Assembly: GCF_006345805.1 (NCBI RefSeq)
Contig: NC_042998.1
Span: 140,368,001 to 140,432,000 of the forward strand
Direction of reading: 5' to 3'
Length of the DNA stretch: 64,000 nucleotides
Source of the DNA: Octopus sinensis
Taxonomy: Eukaryota
Under the pieces are notes generated by a model. The model ran no database searches. It had not been told where the DNA came from and saw only the letters and a program-made list of their open reading frames with translations. Shown piece by piece: positions 53,236 to 64,000 of the stretch. The position numbers were made by a program, and so were the translations under genes. How positions within the stretch are numbered: the first letter of the stretch is position 1; each line of letters starts with the position of its first letter.

Positions 53236-53862
53236 CAGTAATTTTATTTTTATAACGTGATTTCACTTCACTAACGAGCGCAGCTCTGTGTGCCATGGGA
53301 ATATGCTGTGGTTTGCTGTGATGCTCTTATAGTTACTGTATTGAAAGTGTTTTGCGTAGGATGTGTGCAGTGCCCAGTAGTGCAATTTTCTGTATGTTAT
53401 ATATATTTGTAAGTCCTGGTGTTTTTGCTATGTATTTGTCTGAATATTTTTTTATCATACCTAATGCACCTACTATGATAGGAATTGTTTCTGTTTTTAG
53501 TTTCCACTTCGAGTTACCTCTATTTCCAGGTCTTTGCATTTTTGAAAGTTTCTCCATTTCTTTTAGAGATACGTTGTCATCTGCTGGTATTGATACATCA
53601 ATTAGAAAGCATTTTTTTCCCTTCATGATCTCTGACAACTATATTTGGCCCATTGGCCTTAATTTTTCTATCTGTGTGTACTGGCATATCTCAGAGTATG
53701 GTTGCTTTCTCGTTTTCTGTGACCTTTTCTGGTGTGTGCCTATACCATCTTTTTTCTGTTGTTATTCCATAGTGTTGGCATAGCTTCCAGTGTATGTAGG
53801 TCCCAACTCTGTCGTGTCTGTGACTATATTCCTTCTTAGCCAGGACTGGGAAGCCATATATA
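53236..53862 (-). mobile_element. 3' fragment of the R4/Dong-like LINE
   Basis: Minus-strand copy from the HRHDRV region to the 3' UTR, between (ATT)n tracts. Confidence 0.92.
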
Positions 53863-53910
53863 TCATTATTATTGTTGTTGTTGTTGTTGTTATTGTTATT
53901 GTTGTTGTTG

Positions 53911-53983
<73 letters not shown>

Positions 53984-54095
53984 CATCATTATTATTATAT
54001 CGGAGATACCCCCAGTGACATTTTTTTTACAAAATAATTTTTTAGATTTTATTAAATTTTTTCACATATTTCATCAAATTCAGGTCACTGGCCAC

Positions 54096-54170
54096 GGGCA
54101 TATGGCGTAGCGGTTAAGAGCACGGTCTATTAACCCCAAGATTCTGAGTTCGATTCCAGGCAGCGACCTG
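54096..54170 (+). mobile_element. Short tRNA-like SINE ending in (AAT)n
   Basis: A-box TGGCGTAGCGGTT, B-box GAGTTCGATTCC, then (AAT)n. It is not a clean cloverleaf. Confidence 0.7.
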
Positions 54171-54179
54171 AATGATAAC

Positions 54180-54210
<31 letters not shown>

Positions 54211-54229
54211 TAATAATAATAATAATAAT

Positions 54230-54300
<71 letters not shown>

Positions 54301-54307
54301 GTAACCA

Positions 54308-56763
54308 AAAAAAAGGAGTATGAAAACAACAAACTCAGCATCTGAGCATCTTTGGACCCCCATAACAACTGAAGAGGTCACCCAGGCACTGCAAAGACTA
54401 AGCAGCTGGAAGGCACCTGGGCATGACAAGATCCCCAACTTCTGGTTGAAATATCTAACAGGAATGCACAAAAAGCTGGCTGAAAACTTTAACAACATAC
54501 TAGCAGAGCCAGAGACAATGCCTGAATGGCTCACGAAGGGGAAAACCATCTTAATTCCCAAATCAAATGAGACAGCAAAACCAGAAAACTACAGACCAAT
54601 AACCTGTCTCCCTACAATGTACAAGGCATTTACTGCAGTGATATCGCAAAGGTTGAACAAGCACCTGGACGAAAACAACCTGCTTCCAGAAGAGCAGAAA
54701 GGATACCGCAAAGGCTCATATAGCTGCAAAGATCAACTAATGATTAATAAAGCCATAACTGAAGACAGCCACAGAAAGAAGAAAGGCCTCAGTATGGCCT
54801 GGATCGACTACAAAAAGGCATTTGATAGCATCCCCCACACATGGATCCTCGAACACTAGCCATTAACAAAGTAGCACCAACAATTATAAAATTCATAGGG
54901 CACTCTATGAATAAATGGCAAACGTGCTACAGCTCCAAACAAAAGGGACTCATGAAAACCAAAGCCATCCCCATTAGAAGAGGAATATTCCAGGGAGACA
55001 CGCTCTCTCCCTCCTTTTCTGCTTGGCACTGTCACCTCTATCTGATATGCTAAATAGAACTGGATGCGGATATAAATGTTACGGCAAAACGATCAGCCAC
55101 CTTTTATATATGGATGACCTAAAACATATACGCTACAAATGACAAACAGCTGGAAACACTATTAAAGACGGTTCATGGATTTACCAAAGAAATAGATATG
55201 AAATTTGATTAGAAAAATGCGCCAAAGTAACCATGAAAAGAGGAAAAACTAGTTAAGAGTAACAACATCACACTAGATAAAACCAATGAAATAAAAGAAT
55301 TAGACCAAAGCCAAACTTACAAATACTTAGGAATCCATGAACTAGATAAGACACAACACACACAAACAAAGAGAAAATAAAAAAAGAATATTATAGACGA
55401 GTTAGATCAATACTAAAACAGAGCTCAATGCTAAAAACAAGATAATAGGTATTAACACTTTAGCTGTCCCAGTTATAAGTTACAGCTACAATATCCTTAA
55501 CTGGACACTAAATGAACTGACCAAAATAGATAGGAAAACAAGAAAATAATGACAGGATCTAGGATGCATCACCCAAAATCTGACATAGAAAGACTATATA
55601 TACAACGTATAGAAGGTGGTAGAGGCCTTATACAGCTGGAAAACTACTATAAAATAACCACCATAGGACTGCAAAAATATCTACTTCAGAAGAAGGAAAA
55701 CTGATACAAATAGCGGCAAAACACGAGCAAGCAAAAAAAATTTCCAGTATTTAAGGAAGCTGACAAATACAAACAAGAAATCATACCACCTAATAAATAT
55801 AAGAAGAAGAAGAAGAAGATGAAGAAACAACAAAAGCTATAAAACAAATGAAATCCAAACTAAAAATAGAACAGCAACGAACCATGATAAAACGATGGCA
55901 AGAAAAAGCCCCTTCATGGTAAATACTGGACTAAACTAAACGCAAAAGAATAGACAAAGAAAAATCCCAGCAATGGTTGAGAAGCTCAGACTCAAAGCAG
56001 AGACAGAGGGATTTTTAATTGCAGCACAAGACCAAAGCCTCCCCACCAGAAATTACCAAAAACATGTAATGAAAAGAAATATAACAAGTAACTGCAGAAT
56101 ATGTGGAGATGGACAAGAAACAATAAATCATATTATCTCTGGCTGCCCAGTACTGGCTAAGAAGGAATATATTCACAGACACGACAGAGTTGGAACCTAC
56201 ATACACTGGAAGCTATGCCAACATTATGGAATAACAACAGAAAAAAGATGGTATAGGCACACACCAGAAAAGGTCACAGAAAACGAGAAAGCAACCATAC
56301 TCTGGGATATGCCGATACACACAGATAGAGAAATTAAGGCCAACAGACCAGATATAGTTGTCAGAGATCATGAAGAAAAAAAATGCTTTCTAATTGATGT
56401 ATCAATACCGGCAGATGACAACGTATCTCTAAAAGAAATGGAGAAACTTTCAAAAATGCAAAGACCTGGAAATAGAGGTAACCAGAATGTGGAATCTAAA
56501 AACAGAAACAATTCCTATCATAGTAGGTGCATTAGGCATGATAAAAAAATATTCAGACAAATACATAACAAAAACACCAGGACTTGCAAACACATATAAC
56601 ATTACAGAAAATTGCACTACTAGGCACTGCACACATCCTACGCAGAACACTTTCCATACACTAACCATCAGAGCATCACAACAAATCACAGCACATACCT
56701 AAGGCACACAGAGCTACGCTCGGTAGTGAAGTGCAAGCACGCTATAAAAATAAAACTACTGAA
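54308..56763 (+). mobile_element. 5'-truncated, frameshifted R4/Dong-like non-LTR retrotransposon (RT + CCHC + RLE endonuclease)
   Basis: RT motifs WKAPGHDKIPNFWLK, NYRPITCLPTMYK, DYKKAFDSIPH, GIFQGDTLSP and YMDDLK. Zinc knuckle CRICG..ETINHIISGC, HRHDRV, and RPDIV..CFLIDVSIP. (AAT)n on both sides. Confidence 0.93.
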
Positions 56764-56842
56764 TAATAATAATAATAATAATAACAATAACAACATCGAA
56801 AAATACCTTAGGAATGAGAACCCAGGTTCGAAATTTCCCCAA

Positions 56843-56888
56843 GATACCTAATGAAAGCTGGAGGGTATATCAGCTGAAACATTGTGTT
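56843..56888 (+). ncRNA. Minimal hammerhead relic (G5>A, CpG decay)
   Basis: GATAC-CTAATGA-A-AGCTG GAGGGTATAT CAGCT-GAAA-CA-TT-GTGTT. Stem II is perfect and stem I is 5 bp with G-U pairs. Confidence 0.55.
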
Positions 56889-57240
56889 AACAAGAAACAA
56901 GATGAGGACAAATATCCGTCAAATGTAAATAATGATTAAAAGTTATATTTGTCTCGCTTCGCAAAATATATTTTAAATTGTACATTATAAATGCATTAAA
57001 GTACATATTTTCGTTCACCTATCTTTTGTTGAACGAGGTAATCGATTCATATTTCCATATATGATGAGTTCTGTTTTTATACTTCTATACTGTCTTAAGA
57101 GTGTCTTAGTATTTTGGATTCTAAGTATGCGGTCACCATTTTTAAAGATGGCGGTGGCGGTCTTTCTTTTTTTTTAAGGAAGACGAGAAAGGCATATGGT
57201 AACTACACAGAACAAGTTTGCGCAGCTGTGTACACGTTCT

Positions 57241-57272
<32 letters not shown>

Positions 57273-58906
57273 CTGGCAACTGTATTTGCAGCCAATGGCA
57301 CTGTTGTGATATATCATCAGCATCAACAGCAGCAGCAGCAGGTGTTGGACGATGATGGCGACGATGATGATGATAATGATGATGACGAGGGTATTGGAGG
57401 TGATGACGATGACGGTGATGATGAAGAAGAGAGTGCTGGTAGCGATGATGATGATGATGATGATGATGATGAATACGATGATGATGATGTTTTGTTACTG
57501 CTATCCATTTCCTTAACCTTAACCCCAACACTAACTACACATTCCCACCATCTCCCTTCCTACCACAGTTAATACCACAAAACATCGACCGCCGTTGCCA
57601 ACACCGCACCAACCTCGACACAGACCGCCGCCGCCACAACCACCACCACCACCACCACCACCACCACCACCACCGACAACAACAACAACAACACCATCAC
57701 TACACCATCATCACCACCACTACTACTACTACCAACACACCATCACAACCACCAGTACTACCATTATCAACACCATGCCTTCACACCACACCACCACCAT
57801 TAACACCAACACAACCACCACTACGATCACCACTGCCACCATCGCCACACATCACACATCATCCTCACCGTCAACAAGTCACTGCCACAACTACCATCAT
57901 CATCACCATCCTCACCACCACCAACCACCACCACCACCACCACCACCACCACTACCGCCGCCACCACATTTTGCAGCATCAGTAACTTTCCCAGTACACT
58001 TCAAATGCCTCGGAAATCATCATCGTCGTCGTCGTCGTCGTCGTCGTCATCGTTGTAGTTGTTGCCGTTGTTTTTGATGTTGATGTCGAAGAAGTCATTC
58101 TAAAATCTTACGTCATGTATTTGTTCTGAAGAAATTTTAGGAAATACTGTAAACATCTTAGAGGTGAGGTGAAGTGGTGGGAGAGGGGGGAGGGAGGGAG
58201 GGAGGGAAGAGGAAAAGGGGAGGCGAGAAGGTGAAAGAGGAAGGGGTTGGGGGGGGGTTAATAATGCTGGAATGGTTGTTCGGCTGTTTGTTTGATCTAT
58301 GTTCTGTAATCAGTGGCAGGCCTAACATTTCCTGGTTCCTACCAATATGAGCAAAGAGGGCTTTAATCATCATCATCCTCAGCATCATCATCATCATCAT
58401 CATCAGCATCAGCATCATCATCGTTATCATCATCCTCATAGTTGGAGTTGTTTAGCTCCAGGTCAACACTAATTGGACAGATCTATGATCAAAGACATTC
58501 CAACTCTGAACATCCCATATGTCTAAGGCTATCTAAGACTACATTGTGTAATGTGTCCTTAATGCATACCACAATTCATGAAATTGTATTTTTAATAACA
58601 ATAGTAATACATGTGTGTGTATGTGTGAGTGTGTGTGCATTCTATAATAAACTTCGTTGCGTCTAAACATACATACATGCATATATAAATATATATATGT
58701 ATATATTATATATTATATATATATATATAAATATATATATAATATAAATATATATATATATATATATAAATCTATTCATAATCATGCATATATCTATATA
58801 TATAATATATATAATAAATATATATATATATGCATAAGCACACACACACATATATATATATATACATAGATGCATACATATGCATACGAATAAACATATA
58901 TACACA

Positions 58907-58944
<38 letters not shown>

Positions 58945-59015
58945 TACATGCATACATATACAAATATGAACATCTATACACATATACATACACATATTCA
59001 TACATGCAAACATGC

Positions 59016-59062
<47 letters not shown>

Positions 59063-61408
59063 CATACACCCACACACACACACATATATATAATTACATG
59101 TATATGTATGTTTATAAGCATGTACATATACATGCACCCACAAACACACACAAATATTGAAAATTTTTCATATGTTTCATCATATATAATATTTTCTTTT
59201 CCATAAATGTTATCTCTCACTTCAGCGGTTGAACTAACATAGAAGGTCACGAGTTCAACTTCTCTTAGGGATGAAATTACACAACGACTTTCATAATCTT
59301 TATCATCTATAATAAACTCCATATTGTGTGCATATGAAAGTGTGTGTGTTGTGTATATATGTATGTATGTCTGTGTCTGTGTGCCGTGTATATATAATAA
59401 TTATATATATATATATATATATACTTTTTTTACTCTTTTACTTGTTTCAGTCATTTGATTGCGGTTATGCTGGAGCACCGCCTTTAGTCGAGCAAATCGA
59501 CCCCAGGACTTATTCTTTGTAAGCCTAGTACTTATTCTATCGGTCTCTTTTGCCGAACTGCTAAGTTACGGAGACGCAAACACACCAGCATCATTGGGTG
59601 GATAAACAAAGACACACAAACACACACACACACACACACACACACAAATATATATATACATATATACGACGGGCTTCTTTTAGTTTCCGTCTACAAAATC
59701 CACTCACAAGGCTTTGGTCGGCTTGAGGCTATAGTAGAAGACACTTGCCCAAGGTGCCACGCAGTGGGACTGAACCCGAAACCATGTGGTTGGTAAGTAA
59801 GCTACTTACCACACAGCCACTCCTGCGCCTACACACACACTCACACACACACATACATACACACACAGACGCGCGCGCGAACACACATTCACACACACAC
59901 ACACGTTTCAATCAGATTTCCTTCATTCCACTTGTTTCTATGTAGACCTCAGATTATTCTTACTTTAATGTATGTGTTGTGCTTGTGTGTATGTTTGTGC
60001 GTGCGTGTGTATGTATGTACGTATGTGTGAGTGTATGGATGTGTGTGTACACGCGCGTAGGCGAAGTGGCGAGCTGGCAGAAACGTTAGCACGCCGGGCG
60101 AAATGCATAGCCGTATTTCGCCGAGGTCGACTTTGCCTTTCATCCTTTCGGGGTCGATAGATTAAGTACCAGTTACGCACTGAGGTCGATGTAATCGACT
60201 TAATCCCTTTGTCTGTCCTTGTTTGTCCCCTCTGTGTGTAGCCCCTTGTGGGTAGTAAAGAAATATACATAGCTAAGAAGTTTGTTTCCCAATCACACGG
60301 TTTCGGGTTCAATCCCACTGCGTAAATGTCTTGAGCAAATGTCTTCTACTATAGCCCCGGGTCGACCAACACCAAGCGAGTGGCAGACGGAAACTGAAGG
60401 AAGCCCGTCGTACATGTATATGTATGACTATATATATATATATGTTCATGTTTCCTTATTTCGCCCGATAGATGTAAATGAATGCCTGCTAGTATCCACC
60501 AGACAGTACGACGAAGGCTAGTCGGTCGAAACTGCGAAGTCACTATTACCACAAATCTTGTAGAAGTATGATATGTACTCTACAAAACGTATTGAACAAT
60601 TCCTCATTTAATGTCAAATTGTTTTTATTACAACTCGACATAAAAACAAACATTAATGAATATATATGTGTGTTGTGTGTGTGTGTGTGTGTGTTTAATG
60701 TATGTATGTATGTATGTATGTATGTATATCCATTAATTATTCGCTTTCTTTTTTCATTTGATTGCATTTTCACTTTGTTGTTGCTGTTGTTTTGATGAAG
60801 AGGGGGAGGTGTTTTTGGTTTGTTGGTATGTTTTGTATTATGTTTTTTATAAAAATTTTTTTTTGCTTTTCCGTTTTCTATTCTAAGGTTTTCTTTTAAT
60901 TATTTTTTTGTTTACTCGCTTGTTTGACTTGTTTATTTATCTATTCACACATTTCTCTCTCTCTTTCTTTCTTTGTTTCTTTCTTTTTCCTGTTTATCTA
61001 TTTATTATACTTGTTTGTTTATTGTAGTTGTTTGTTTGTTCATTAGTCTCGTTGTCTTGAAGTAATTATTTTATCATCTAACTTTGTTGTCTGCGAAGAA
61101 GGTCGGTGCAGTTCGATGGAATGAAGTGTAGAGAAAGATGAAGAGGAAGAGAAACAGATGAGGAAGGGAAAAGAGCCAAAGACGAAGATATAGAGATGAA
61201 GATGAAAGAGAAAGAGATCGAGATGAAGAGGAAGAGAATAAAATAAACAGGAACTAAACTACAAATAATAATAAAGATAAGAAATTCGTACATAAAATTG
61301 AAGCACACATATATATGTATACATGCATGCACAACCATACACACACATATATATATGTACAATAATACATACATACAGACAGACAGGCAGACAGACAGAC
61401 AAACATAC

Positions 61409-61512
<104 letters not shown>

Positions 61513-61582
61513 ATAGATAGATAGATAGATAGATAGACAGATAGATAGATGATAGATAGTAGGTAGGTGGATAGATAGATAA

Positions 61583-61652
<70 letters not shown>

Positions 61653-61711
61653 GCACATATACGCAAACACATACGATAAAAACACACATATACACTTATA
61701 CAATAATATTT

Positions 61712-61895
61712 ACTTCTTTATTGCCCACAGGGAGCTAATTATAGAGGGGAGAAACAAGGACAGACAAAGGGATTAAGTCGATTACATCGACACCAGTGCG
61801 TAGCTGGTACTTATTTAATCGACCCCGAAAGGATGAAAGGCAAAGTCGACCTCGGTGGAATTTGAACTCAGAACGTAACGCCAGCGAAATAATGC
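61712..61895 (-). mobile_element. SINE family A, minus strand (degenerate minus copies also at 15460-16230, 17370-17760, 18200-18340)
   Basis: GACCCCGAAAGGATGAAAGGCAAAGTCGACCTCGG is the reverse complement of the family core. Confidence 0.85.
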
Positions 61896-62981
61896 AGACA
61901 ATAATATTGATATATTTATGTGTGTGCGTATGTGTGTGAGTGTGAGTGTGTGCGCGTTTGTTTGTGTGTGTGTGTGTGTATGTGTGTGTGCGTGTGTGTG
62001 TTTGTTTGTTCTCCTCATCGCTTGACAACCGGTGTTGATTCGTTTATTTCCTCGTAACTTAACAGTTCGGCCTAAGTGTCTGATAGAATAAGCACTCGAT
62101 TTAAAAACATGTACTTTGGTCTTTTTATTCGACAAAACCTTTCAATGTGGTGCCCCAGCGTGGCCGCAATCCAATGACGGAAACAGAAGATAAATTGAAT
62201 CTGTAAATACGATGTTAATAGGCCGAACAATTACAATCTTATTGACAAGCTATCGTGTCAGATATAAATAGAAAACATTCATATGGTTTATGAAGCGACG
62301 AGAGACTTTTCAGCTGTAACCCAACACCATCACAGAGATGCACCAGAAGATACGCCGTCTCCCCTTGCTTATTACACTGTGCCACACGATTTTTGTCCTT
62401 GGGTAGTAACTGTTATTTCCTATTTGCTTAGCCCTAGAAAGTATAGAAAATGGTTAATGTTTTCTTCAAACCTTGCTTTTCTCACATTTATTCAAATCCC
62501 AAATAATCCTTCATCAATACATGGTTAGGATGCTGCTCCACTACTCCTGCTCATGATCAGATATAAAGATATTGTCAGCCACTAAGGGACATGCTCAAGT
62601 GGTTAAGGTCAAGCAATTGACAAGTAAATCTGTGGTATTGAGCAGAATATTTGCTATAGCGATATTTCTGGTTCAGTAACACAGCGCTGAATGTCTGAAA
62701 TGTAATTGAAAATAAATCAGTTTGAAAACATTGAGATCCAGGTCACAAAAGCAAAGTTTGAAGGGAACAGTAATCGTTTCCTTTGATTTCTAGATAGAAG
62801 CAAATAAGAAATAACACTGACCAGAGAAAAAAATAATAATGTTGTTACACAATGTTATTAATGAATGGCTGAGTCGTTGTTATTTAAAGCAAGGTTGCCT
62901 GCCTCGCGCTCAATCCATTCTCTTGCCTCAACACAGTCCTAGGACTGCCTATGTTGGATATCAACCCAAAATTTCGAAGCT

Positions 62982-63014
<33 letters not shown>

Positions 63015-64000
63015 TCTGTAACCGTGAGTAAAGTTACGGCTACGAGACTGTCAGCCATTCCAGGTACTGGTCGTCGGAGCCAGCTGGACTGAAATTCCTG
63101 AAAAGCAGGCCAAGGCCTCCATGTCCTGTAGCAATGACGTCACCTTCTTATCTTTCATTTTTTAAAAACTTTTTTTAGTCATTGGACTGTGCCCATGCTG
63201 GTGCACCGTCTTAAAAGGATTTTTAGACGAACAAATCGACCAGTATTTATTTCTTAATGTCTGATACTTATTCTAGCAGTCTTCTTTGACGAACCGTTAA
63301 GTTACGGGGACGTAAACAATCCAATACAGGTTGTGAAGTGTTGAGAGGAACAAACACATATACACTCATACATATATATATACACACACACACACACGCT
63401 CACACACACACACACACACACATATACATACATATATGTATATATATGTATATACTTATATCTATGTATATAAGTATATGTATGGATATAAATATATATA
63501 TATATGCAAACACACATGCTGGGTTTCCACACAGTTTCCGTCTACCAAGTTCCATCACAAGGCTTTGGTCGGCCTGGGGCTATAGTAGAAAACACTTGCC
63601 CAGGTGCATTACGGTGGGACTGACTCCGAGACGACATATTTGCAAAGAGATTGTAAACCATTATTTATTTATATTAGAACTTCAAGATATACCAAAGAAA
63701 AATTCTCCATTCGTTCTCTCCCGCAAACAGGCAGTGAGAAGAGATGAAGGATAAAAACTCGAGTCAAAAAATCTGAATTCAAAGTAAAAAGATCTACACA
63801 GACATGCAGGAAGTAAATTGACAACTTTAGTTTTCAAAATTTCTTATCTTAGCGTCTTAATATGTTTTCAACTGTGTAGAATTTACAATTCTTTTTCATT
63901 CCAGGTGCCATTATATTAAACATTTGCGAAGAGTTACTATGCCACGCACAAAAAATTCAGCACAATTGTCAGATTTTCAAAGAGGTCGTATTGTTGGGCA

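Noticed and set aside
54096-54170. Possible tRNA gene
   Set aside because: The acceptor and anticodon stems are imperfect and it ends in (AAT)n, so it is a SINE head.

Overview
AT-rich eukaryotic genomic DNA, probably intronic or intergenic and very dense in microsatellites. The repeat families look like those of octopus/cephalopod genomes (inference from recalled repeat sequences, not a database hit). Almost all ORF-track entries are simple-repeat artefacts. Recognisable content: (i) two abundant tRNA-derived SINE families, about 25 copies, some with clean TSDs; (ii) a frameshifted R4/Dong-like RT+RLE LINE (54.3-56.8 kb) plus four 3' fragments, most abutting (AAT)n; (iii) mariner/Tc1 remnants, MITEs, a Helentron-type element and RTE/CR1 scraps; (iv) one good candidate host exon, a phase 1-1 EGF-like module on the minus strand at 17269-17357 carrying a 1-nt frameshift. 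The most striking unexplained signal is a set of type I hammerhead ribozyme motifs, found by eye, in at least six non-coding repeat families. Several sit in tandem units of about 270-500 nt, with one ribozyme per unit. Two families form tandem-plus-fold-back insertions inside (TA)n tracts. One family has a compensatory U3-A8 core. This architecture matches Penelope-associated, circular-RNA-forming retrozymes. Activity, expression and novelty are untested, and some duplications could be long-read assembly artefacts.
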